Positions 53,750 through 64,000 of a DNA stretch of 64,000 nt are shown piece by piece. Numbering within the stretch: the stretch's first letter is position 1; each line of letters opens with the position of its first letter. The position numbers and the translations under genes are program-made. Under the pieces are notes generated by a model, which ran no database searches, had not been told where the DNA came from, and saw only the letters and a list, made by a program, of their open reading frames with translations. Origin of the DNA: Podarcis bocagei (lineage: Eukaryota); NCBI GenBank assembly GCA_964188305.1, contig OZ076885.1, one strand, 5' to 3'.

Positions 53750-54290
53750 TACCAAACTGGGTCTTTGACCAGGGTGAAATAAAGCCTAGGTATGACCCTG
53801 CATACTTTTCTGTCCTCCATTCAGGCAAGCAAGATTTGTGATCGGAGTTCAAGGACACCTACCAGCTGGGCCAAAACCCTTAGGGAGGGGTGTAGACTGG
53901 GAAGGAATGTGGGTTTAATAGGGTGTGTGAGGCTAGAGAGGGAGGCTGGGCCAGCTGGGACCTGAGGTTCCTAAGTCGGGGTGAGCCAGCCGAGCTTGGG
54001 ACAGGGCATTGGACCTGCCTTTTTGCTGGCAGGGCTGGGTTAACTGATGGATGTTTTGAGTGTTGCAGCTCTAGTAGAAATCCATGAGTGCAGAGTGCTT
54101 TTATCACCTAAGAACATCTGAGATGAGTAAAGGAAAAGTGAGACTCCAATTTCTAACAGCAGCTGCGCTTTAAACAAGTAGTAGGCCAAGTCCCAGAGCA
54201 GCATTTTCAGCTGAGTATCAAGAACAGCACTGTACACTTCAAAGTCAACTCCTATCCAGAGGGCAGAAAGATTTATAGGGAAGTACAAGG
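53750..54290 (-). mobile_element. Possible degraded DIRS1-type tyrosine-recombinase remnant
   Basis: Minus-strand pieces LLWDL, SAGSPRLRNLRSQLAQPPSLASH and PTFLPS resemble WDL..VL, TSARRVSEL.AL...PP and PTFLPKV. Confidence 0.25.
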
Positions 54291-55478
54291 CTCCTTAGAT
54301 TTTTCCTCCTCTGCAATCAGCAGATTGGGGCTCGGCTCAACAGAGGCAAGCGCTAGTTTCTCTTCTCCCCACCCCCCATAGGGCAGTGTGTGCTTTACAT
54401 TCACAGTAGGTTTTAGCGAATGGTCATGTAAGGCACTCGCTGTGCACTCCTATGCGTGTTTATTCAATCCCACTGTGTTCAATGGTTCTTACTCCCTGGT
54501 ACATGTGCACAGAACTGCAGCCTAATAATTTAATGTATTTATTTAATCAACCTCTCATACTCTGCGTACGCACTTCACAAAGTAAAGCCCATAAAATCAC
54601 AAAACACACACACACACACATATATATACAAATATACACATATACATACAAATATACATATATACACACTTAAGCATCCAGCATCAAAATACTGATTAAT
54701 GCCATCTAAAAGTTAACAGTGCCTGGACAAGTGCATATTTCTTTATCAGGAGGTATGTGGTATGTGTAAGAACACATCCATTTGTTACTTGTAAGATCTG
54801 TTGCTTTTTCCTGTGAGATTCTGATGGACATGTCTGTAAGTTGATGATGCTCACAGGAAAAACGGAATTGTTAGGGTCCCCCTCCCACTCAGCTGGAAAG
54901 CTGATGACTGCAAAAGTCAGAATACTGGACACTTGCATGCCTTTGAAATTAGGAAAGAGTTATCAAAAATGGTAATGGCAACAAGGCAATCCTTCACTTG
55001 CCTACTGAGAATAAGTTCCAATGGGCCTTACTCCCAGGAAATTCATGGGAACTGAGACATAAACATCACCCTGGTAAAGCATCTGAAGTACGTAAGTGAT
55101 ACACTCATCATTCTATGAGCATGATCCAGCAAACATTGACCATGACTATGTCCCATTGAAATAAATGTGGAACTGAAATTAGTAATGACTAATCCTAAGA
55201 GCCAACACACATTTAACTTAGCGGCAGAACTCACTGGGGCTCACTTCTGCATAACTATGAACACCATGGAGCTATATTTTACATCCCATTGTTTTTAATG
55301 GGTAATGACCAAGATTTGTCCCTAATAATGCCTTTGTCCTAGTGGCAGCTCTTCCACTTGTGTAAGGCAGGAAACTAGATTTTTGTCACTTTCTTCTACC
55401 AAATGCAGACCCTCTGTATCTTCGAAACTTTTTCTAGTGGTTGCAGGGGTCTTCTGAAAAAAGTATTATGGTATATGG

Positions 55479-55624
55479 CAGGGATGTCCAATTGGTCGAT
55501 CACGACCTTTGGGTCTGACTCCCAAAAAAAAGCTCAACAAATTTGGTCAATCCAATGGGTAGATCACTGCCAGTGTTTTTATAGTGGGAGTAGATCACAG
55601 TCTCTTGGAACTTGGACATCCCTA
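55479..55624. mobile_element. hAT MITE
   Basis: CAGGGATGTCCAA / TTGGACATCCCTA termini. TSD GTATATGG/GTATATAG. Confidence 0.8.
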
Positions 55625-56140
55625 GTATATAGCCTAGAGGGCTGCAACAGATATTGGGGAAAATGCTGTGCCTTGCCTTATGCGAAAGGAAGTGAAATTT
55701 GACCCTACTCTTCAATTTACAAATCCCTTTAGGGTGGAATGTGTCTTTTTGTGATGAAGTGTGTCTTCATCAACTGATACAATCAGAAATATCTTAGTTG
55801 CGTACCTACGTATCTTCTCTTAAGACACTAAGGGCTGGATGAAAATGGGCTGGGGAGAGGGTTTGGGTTGAGTAGAGGTGCCTCTCCATGTGGCTATGCG
55901 AACTGAGCTGGCCTCCAGCTGACCACCACAAGCATCACGCTCTTGGCATCAGCCTTTCTTTTTTTCACCCACCAAATGGGGAGGTGAGTGGGAGGCACTG
56001 GAAACCCGAGCCAGTTGGGCTCTTATCACACCAGGCATTGGCCTGGTCCCGACCCAATAGCTGTGGATAGCTTGGAGCTGCCACAGGGATCAGGCTTGAT
56101 CATCCCCCTACCAACTAATTTAGACTGAGTCAAATCCTAA

Positions 56141-56578
56141 TACAAAGGTCCGTATAGTAAAAGCTATGGTTTTCCCAGTAGTGATGTATGGAAGTGAGAG
56201 CTGGACCATAAAGAAGGCTGATCACTGAAGAATTGATGCTTTTGAATTATGGTGTTGGAGGAGACTCTTGAGAGTCCCATGGACTGCAAGAAGATCAAAC
56301 CTATCCATTCTTAAGGAAATAAGCCAGACAAATCGTGAAGCTGAGGCTCCAATATTTGGCCACCTCATGAGAAGAGAAGACTCCCTGGAAAAGACCCTGT
56401 TGTTGGGAAAGATGGAGGGCACAAGGAGAAGGGGACGACAGTGGATAGTGTTCTCGAAGCTAGCAGCATGAGTTTGACCAAACTGCGGGAGGCAGTGGAA
56501 GACAGAAGTGCCTGGTGTGCTCTGGTCCATGGGGTCACAAAGAGTAGGACATGACTAAATGACAAAACAACAACAACA
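56141..56578 (+). mobile_element. Bov-B LINE 3' fragment with internal deletions
   Basis: VKAMVFPVVMYGSESWTIKKA...LRVPWTARRSNLSILKEI...LEKTLLLGKMEG. (CAA)n tail and TSD AAATCCTAA. Confidence 0.93.
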
Positions 56579-56664
56579 AAAATCCTAAGAATGTATGTCA
56601 CACTTATATGTTAAGAACATTGGATTGTTCGTGCAGAATGAGAACATTCAGCATGAATATTTGT

Positions 56665-57142
56665 TGGGGTTTTTTGTTTTTTAAATTTTTATTTTTATTA
56701 TTATTGTTGTTGTTGTTGTTATTTTGGACAAAGTAATAATCACAAATAAATAAGAGTAAAAATGTGCACCCCACCTCCGAGACCATTCCATTGTAACTAT
56801 CCAACCTCCCAAAATTTCAACACCTCTTGAGATGGTTTGACCCCTTTCCGTTTTAACAGTGCAAATTCTACAAACACCCTCCATATCTCCTCAAAATCAT
56901 TTCTCCTGCATATTCCCCATCTTACCTTAATGGCACATGTTAATTTATCGTTAATAGTTATATCCCACACCTCCTTATGCCATTCTTCTATTTTATATTC
57001 TGCTTTCCCCTTCCACTTCCTGGCTATAATAATTTGTGCAGCTGTCAATAAAATTGTGAGCAAGTCCTTCATAGCCTGTGAACCTTCCACACCATCGTAT
57101 ATTGATAATAGTGCTACCTCTGAACTTTTGGTTAGCTTTAGC
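56665..57142 (-). mobile_element. L1-clade 3' fragment with TSD
   Basis: LLTAAQIIIARKWK...EEWHKEVW...FEEIWRVF. TSD CATGAATATTTGT (56652-56664, 57143-57155). Confidence 0.85.
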
Positions 57143-59553
57143 CATGAATATTTGTAATGTGAATGAGCATTCTTGTCAATGAAAGCTTTACATTTGCATT
57201 GCTTAATGACAGAAGCAAGCGCCGGCATGTGCAAATGTATTTAAGCTGGGTTCACATTACAACTGGAAACCACATTCGAAGCACATTTTCCTTCTGAAAG
57301 AATTCTGGGCACTGTAGTTTGTTAAGAGCTGCTGGGAATTGTAATTCTGTGAGGAGTAAACTACAGGGCCCATAATTATTGGCAGAGGGAATGTGCTTTA
57401 AAGGCTGCAGTCTTAGATTGTGGCAAAGCAACTTTCAGCAAGACCTACAGACTGAGACAGTGCACAGACCTGGTCTTCTTGTGCAGCACATGAGAGCATT
57501 TCTTATGATGTACCCTAGAAGCTTTGCAATGAAAAATACATTCCTTTCTTTGTTATTCATTTTTTCCCAGCTCAATTTTTTTAAAAATCTGAATGGGTAA
57601 TTCCTACTCAACAGTAAATTAACTACATGCCTGGCATTATCAATCAGTGTCAGTGGCTGTATCAGTTACTCAGTTGGATTAGAGCTGGATAAAAGCAACA
57701 CACAGAAGAAAAAAAACATGTGTTGTGGTCTTTTCCCCATGTGAGCTTCCCCTCAGTCCAATAAAGCACATCAACAACCATGTGTGGTGGTTTCTCCAGC
57801 TGGTTCTGATAGCTGAGGGAGAAGAACCTACCTCAAAACAAGGCCTGGTTTCAGGCTTGTAAAGTAGCCACATGGGTTCTCCAACTGTTGCCCAAAGAAC
57901 ATTGAAACCCGCACAGATATAATCACCTCGCCAAGCAGCCTCGATACTTCTGTCAAAAACATTCCTGAAACTTCCAGTGATCCATTTGGGGCCTTGTCAC
58001 CTATGAGATGCAACTTTAAGGCATTCACAGCATGTGCACCTGTGCAAAGCATTGCTTCCAGTGACTTTTTAAACATGGAATGACTTCTCAGCAGTAGTAA
58101 TCAGCCTCACATGTCAAAACTGTCTGTCATCTGTTGTTTACTAGATTCAAGTTTCACACCGATAGATAATCTTCAAAGGAAGATTACCCTTCTTTCCTTT
58201 CTATACGTAATAAGCACTGATGAATTGGCCATTCTTTGCCTTTGATCCATCAGGGCCATATTCCATTGTCAGGAGGACTTTGAAGTGGCATTAAGCATAC
58301 ATTAGGAACTGCAGAAAAGATTGCAATGTATATGTTTATTACTGCATATATACACCAGGGAACAGATGGGGAAGGTAATATCCCTTCAATCCCAAACCAG
58401 TGAGATGTCCAGCTGAAAAGGCATCAGTCATTGCTGCTTCAGGATTATTATTTTTTTAAAAAAGAACTGCCTTCTCTTTATTACAAAATACAACATAAGC
58501 TCCAAAGCAATTAAGGGATATGTACTTAAAATTCATTCCAGACTCAACTCGAGTCCATTCGACTCAGTTGCTTGTTTTGGGGAAAAATCATTAGCGTCTA
58601 AAGTTTCAGTAACTTGGGAATGTTCCTTGGTTTTCTAAATGAATGTGTTTACCGCACAAGAGTCCATCATGAACAATTACTACAATTTTATATGAAGTTC
58701 CTATTAAATTGAAAAGCAAGATGTAAGGGTTCAGAATTCTTAATGGAATGAATGGTAATCAACAGTCTCTACGTTTGTCTTGTAATTGGACCTGCCAGAA
58801 AAGCTATCATGTTATTCAAACATTTGGGTGTTTCCCTCCCTCCGACATAATTTGATCCATAAGGATGTCTAGCTCAGTCAGCTTTTTGTACACAAAGGAA
58901 CATTTAATAAATGGGCTAACTGAAGTGGACTGCAATGTGGGTTAGAGTCAGAATTACACATATTACGGCAATGTGCAGTTTCAGCACCTAGAATTACCAA
59001 TAGGTGGCAGAAAGTCAAAAAAATGCAAAAATCCCAGATTTTAATAATGATCAAATATACAAGAATCCCCCTCTGTATCCCTTCCACATCTGCACAGAAT
59101 TAGAAGGTAAGGGGAAAATATTTGTCAAACAGAGGGATTACTTACTAGGATTTACCATATTTTTTAATAATTTCAGCAACTTCCCAGGAGCGTGTGAAAA
59201 ACCCAGTAGTGCAAATCAACTGATCCTTGTTAGATTTCCCTCGCCTGACAGCCACCTACAAATATATATGAGATTAAGCATTTCCAAATCCTTATTGTTA
59301 TCCTTTCCCTTGCTGTTCAAAGATAACACGATTTCCCACGGATTTAGTCACCTTTATCCTTCTTTAAACTTGGACAAAGCTATAAATTGAAAGCAATTAG
59401 CTGCACAGGGCTGCTTTTGATTCAAAATGGGATGATCAGATAACCAACACATTTTCTGAAGCAGTTGCTAAAGCCTGAGAGCAGAGCATGATAGAAACTG
59501 TTCCACTGTGAAGTGGTTCAAACTGAGTCCATCCAAAGTTATGTATACTAGAG

Positions 59554-60273
59554 CAGTGTTTCCCAACCGGTGTTCCGCGGCACACAAGTGTGCCGTGAGA
59601 CGTTGGCTGGTGTGCCGTGGGAGGGAGGCGGGCGAGTCGGGCGGTGAGAGGCGGCGGCGGCGAGGATCCGCGTCGAGCCAGGGGCGGCTCCGCGGTGGTG
59701 GTGCCGAGGTTTCTCTCTCCATTCTCCCCTCACACACACACAGGATCAGCTGACAGGACCCAGCCAATGGGGCGGCGGCGGGGCAGCGCGTGCAAAAGGG
59801 AGGAGCGCGAGACAGCGGACGAGGAGGAGGCCGGCATGTCCGGGCAGCAGCAGCAACAACAGCAGCAGCAACTCCCGGCGACGGCTCCTCAAGCCCCGGG
59901 CAACCCTACTCCCTCACCGGCCTCGGCCGCCCTCCTGCTCCACCCGCCGCCGCCTCCCCCGCCGCCGCCGGCCACCTCGGCCCCGCCGCCGCCCCCTCCT
60001 CCGCCCGCTATCGCCGCCACCACCACAACAGCCGCCGCCGCCTCAGCTGCCGCCGTCCCTCAGTCCCTCGCTTTGCTGCCTCCTCCCCCCCACCCCCAAA
60101 GCTTGGAGGTTCCCCGGCAAGGGGGAGGGAAAAAAATTGAAAACTTTCACTTTCATGCGTCCCTCCCGGCGTGACGCTGCGCGCTGACGTCACGGGGCTG
60201 TAATGGTGGTGTGCCGCGAGATTTTTTTCATCAAACAAGTGTGCCTTTGCCCAAAAAAGGTTGGGAAACACTG
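59554..60273. mobile_element. Non-autonomous hAT (Buster/Charlie-type) transposon carrying a captured host-gene fragment (Pack-hAT)
   Basis: Perfect 15-bp TIRs CAGTGTTTCCCAACC / GGTTGGGAAACACTG. Perfect TSD TACTAGAG (59546-59553, 60274-60281). GTGTGCCG subterminal repeats at both ends. No transposase. Confidence 0.93.
59836..60060 (+). pseudogene. RANBP9: Transposon-captured 5' fragment resembling RANBP9 (RanBPM) exon 1
   Basis: MSGQQQQQQQQQL...SAALLLHPPPPPPPPPATSAPPPPPPPP matches the recalled RANBP9 N-terminus (MSGQ...QQQQL...AAALLLHPPPPPPPATAAPPPPPPPP). It stops before the SPRY domain, and the frame runs on into element sequence to TGA at 60174. Confidence 0.75.
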
Positions 60274-60504
60274 TACTAGAGTGTGGGCCTCCAATAGGAC
60301 TCCCAAAGGCACACAGGTGCCCACAGAGGCCTTCTCTGGCACATGCAGTGTCTCCTCCCCTTGCTAAAACCAGGTTTGAAATAAGCATTCTATTTTAGCT
60401 AATATAAATAAATAAGCTGTATTATTCCTGATGGCTCTCTCTCTCTCTGTATGTGTGTTACCAATGACAATTTATCCACTTTGCAAATGTGCTGGTTGGT
60501 TACT

Positions 60505-61075
60505 CCCTACATGAGAAAAACGTGGAAAATGTTTACTGCATATTTACAGAAGAATTGTAAAGAGGTTAATACAATAGCAGGGTGTGTTTTTTAACTACTT
60601 ATAATATTAAGGACAATGTTTGGAAATATTTAAAGATATTAAGAAAATTATAGACACATACAGCATATGAAAATATAAAAGAATCGGGAGAGGGAATGGA
60701 GGGAAGTCAAGGGATTGGAGGAATCCCAAAATACAGTGGTACCTCGGGTTAAGTATTTAATTCGTACCGGAGGTCCATTCTTAACCTGAAACTGTTCTTA
60801 ACGTGAAGCACCACTTTAGCTAATGGGGCCTCCCGCTGCTGTCATGCTGCCAGAGCACGATTTCTGTTCTCATCCTGAAGCAAAGTTCTTAACCGAGGTA
60901 CTATTTCTGGGTTAGTGGAGTCTGTAACCTGAAGCGTATTTAACCTGAGGTACCACTGTACGGATTTAATATGGTATGAAAATGTTTTATTTTCTATTTT
61001 TATTGTATTTGTTTATTATGGTATGTGAAGACAATCTCTGATTGTGAAAGATAATAAAAGAATTATAAAAAGAGA
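60505..61075 (+). mobile_element. L1-clade 3' tail interrupted by a MITE
   Basis: HEKTWKMFTAYLQKNC-like ORF2 end, GGGAAGTC 3' UTR motif, AATAAA and A-rich tail. Confidence 0.6.
60734..60958. mobile_element. Tc1/pogo-type MITE (TA TSD)
   Basis: TA|CAGTGGTACCTCGGGTT ... AACCTGAGGTACCACTG|TA. Confidence 0.92.
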
Positions 61076-61606
61076 AACACCCCCCCAACATTTTGGGAGG
61101 GCAATTCAGGGCACCCCACCACCACTACACTGACCTTGCCCCATCCCTATAGCCAACCCCTTCCTGAAATTCTTTCATTTTTTTAAAAAAGCTGTGTGTG
61201 TTTGCTTGTTTTACTACTGTGAGAACAGTATGCTAGACTAGATAGCCCTTTGGCTTAATCCAGCCACAAACTTTTACTGTGGTGATGGTACAACCTGATG
61301 CCAATCATTAAACCCCTTAGGCTGCATCACCCTTTGATTGGGTAGAATATTGTCTGCACTGTTAGCTAATTGGCAAGAGCATCCTTGTCTTCATGCCTTT
61401 AAAAAGCAAGCACACCACAACATCTGGAGACTTGACTTTAAAACCCTCCTCTGTTACTGGCTCATTATGTGGTGTTGGGAATGTTTTGCTGATATCCTTT
61501 CAACCAAAGGGGTAAGGTAGCTAGTAGTGGCTTACAGCAGAAATGAAACAATAGCCAAGTACCATTTCAGAGACTAGCAAATGTATTATTGGATTGCGAA
61601 GAGTGA

Positions 61607-61680
61607 TGCATCTGATTAGGTGGGCTTTAGTCCTCAAAAGCTTACGCCATGATAAATTTGTTAGTCTTTAAGGTACTGGT
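61607..61680 (+). mobile_element. Penelope-like element terminal fragment
   Basis: GCATCTGA..AGGTGGGCT...AAAGCTTA.GCC...ATAAATTTGTTAGTCTTTAAGGT resembles sauropsid PLE ends. Confidence 0.55.
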
Positions 61681-64000
61681 GTTGTTCTTTTTGTTGTTTT
61701 GCTAACATTGCACCATAATTGACTTTATGGAGTTGTTGTGAGGATAAAAAGGCCATAAAACACTTTGGCAATGCTATTACAAAAAAGGAGAATGGCACAG
61801 AGGATGGTTCAGATGAGAACTCAGTGTGCAGAGCCTATATATAGTTCGGGACCATGGATTGCACTTTGCCTGCTCACCGCACCCAGGCAAACTTCTCTTA
61901 GCAGGCAACCACACATTGGATTTGTGAATAACATGTGGGATCCAATGATTGTAGGCTGGAATGTCCTGACTCTATCCAAAATTCTTTTTGATTTTTAGGT
62001 TAGGCTTTTTTAATGATTCTAAACCTTCCCCTAGGGACCACCCACCCCTCTGGATCGGTTCCTGAGGAAACTCAGGGGACAGGTCTAAGGTACCCCCCCC
62101 CAATTAATATAATATAAGATTAGGGTTTAAATGTATAGCCAGGAGGGGCACCAAGCAGGATGGACTCTTCTGTTTATCAGCTAGTAAGCTGAAGGATCTG
62201 ATCCTGTGTGGTGTTGCTCCTTTTCAAGGAGCACACAAGGGAAGCAAGCTGCTGATGAAGGAGCACATGATTTTCCTGCAAGAAAGCTGCTTGCGAAGCA
62301 GCATTGGCGCCCCACAGGAACAATGCCTCCACTCAGCGGCCGTTGAGCAGAGGAATTGATCCTGCAGAGTGGGGCATAAGGCAGGAAGAAGAACCACAAC
62401 ATTGGGCCTGCTTCTTCCTAGGAAGAAGTAATCATTGGTTAGATAGGGCTTGGCCTATTTGTGTGGTTTCCCTGCTCTGCCTGCCTTGCTTTCCTGCCTG
62501 ATGCCCCACCCACCACCAAGAGCCATGAATTTCTCTGGGCTGTCCAACCCACCTTGCAGCCATCCATCACTGTCCAACACCCGAAGCTCTCTGATTGGGC
62601 TCAGGCCTCAGTCAAATCCAGTGCACAGCCCTAATACACACCCTTGGCTGGCTCTGCCTGTCATTGGATGTGGTTGCACCTGCCACTGACCCTGGCTGCG
62701 CCTACAGTGTGTTTCCCTGCCTTCCTCCCCACCAGTTCCAAATGGGCACCATCCATCACTAGAGGTGGGCCAAGGAAGAAACAAATTTCTGCTGTGTCAT
62801 TGGACAATCTGTGCACTCATGGCTGCTGTATTCTTGTTCAGGGAAGAAACATGCTACAAATGTTTTTAAATAGCTTATTTGCTATATATATAATATTATT
62901 CATTGGTTTGCTTAGCTGTCTGTTTTCCAGACCAGTGACCTCATTCTAGTATCTGAAATAAAACATATTTCATAAGGCAAACATTACACGAAGCACATTT
63001 ATTTTTGTGCTACCCTGCATTTTTTTGTTGTTCAAACATGTGTGAAGTTTGTGAACTGTACCAAATTGAGCTACGTGAAAACCATAAATTTAAATGAATA
63101 AAACATTGGATTTTACATCTGGAGGACTGTGCTCTAAAAGCTGGAGCTGATTTAAAGTTGCATCAGGGCAGAAAGCAAACCAGATCTTTAATTTTTGTTT
63201 CATGTTAGCCAAGAAATAATTTTTCATTGCCCTTCTTTTGCGGGAGCTCTCAATGTGACACGAGCAATGGAGGGTATTAACAATTAAACAACAATCTTAA
63301 GCAATAATCTCAGCTGCTGTTGCCTGTGGCAAAAACACTGGAGACAAAACATAGATTTTAAATGAGTTGAAGATGTTATGAGAGGGACATTTTCTGTGAA
63401 GGACACACACGTTTGTTCTATCCTGCTGTCTCTGTCCAAACAGGTTCACCAGGGTTTTGAAGCCCTACAGACCCCTCTACCATTTCTGAATTGTGCCAAT
63501 AGTGGCAGGTAGCAGTGCCTCTGTGTCCTGCTTCAGTTGGCACATAAGCAGAGCAGCGGAGACGTAGGAGCAGCAGTCCCAGAATTGGAACCTTACAGTA
63601 GCCCAGGGTCTGAATGGAGGAGGAGCCCAAGAAGCAAGGTCAAGAAGCAGTCCAAGGTCAAATCTCAAGAGCAAAACAAGAAGTATGGTTCGCAAACAGT
63701 AAAAGGCCCAAAGGCCCAACAAGGGTTTCTTTTTTCTAATGACCAGCCAGGTGATAGGAACCCACAAGTCAGAAATCTAATGGGAAGATGCTCCAGCATA
63801 CTGTCCCTCTATGTGTGTGTGGAGGGAGGGCATTCTTGTTTCCTTTGTTATTATGTCATGTTTTTTGGTGTTTTTATACCATAAACCATCCTGTGATCTT
63901 CCAATGAAGGGCAGTGTATAAATTTAATAAATAGTTCTACTACGAATACTGAATGATTTACAACCTAAACCTTCAGTGTATCATGCAAAAGTTCACAGCT

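Noticed and set aside
57832-58000. Minus-strand exon-like segment (similar cases at 9461, 33251, 39784 and 52558 on +)
   Set aside because: Splice-like ends but unrecognisable peptides and no consistent gene model. Cannot be supported without RNA data.
59617-60174. The GC-rich ORF as the authentic RANBP9 gene start
   Set aside because: It is enclosed by TIRs and a TSD, similarity ends before the SPRY domain, and no further RANBP9 exons are seen in the remaining 3.7 kb.
62020-62500. LTR-like segment (also ~34590-35010, ~38780-39080 and ~63570-63790)
   Set aside because: Composition is suggestive, but no TG...CA boundaries with a TSD could be established.

Overview
Repeat-rich vertebrate DNA, most likely from a lacertid lizard, judged from its Sauria/Squam1, Squam2 and Squam3 SINEs, Bov-B, L2 and L1 fragments, and hAT and Tc1/pogo MITEs. 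There are three assembly gaps. No intact host protein-coding gene, rRNA or genuine tRNA can be supported, and almost all ORFs in the track are chance frames or transposon remnants, so the window looks intergenic or deep intronic. The most notable object is a 720-bp non-autonomous hAT transposon (59554-60273) with perfect 15-bp TIRs and a perfect 8-bp TSD. It carries a CpG-island-like piece resembling the 5' UTR and first ~75 codons of RANBP9, i.e. a Pack-MULE-like gene-capture event. Two other hAT MITE families also carry copy-specific internal cargo. There is also a complete, TSD-flanked 2.15-kb 'half-L1' element with an ORF1-like frame but no RT or endonuclease. All family and gene assignments come from recalled sequence similarity, not database searches.
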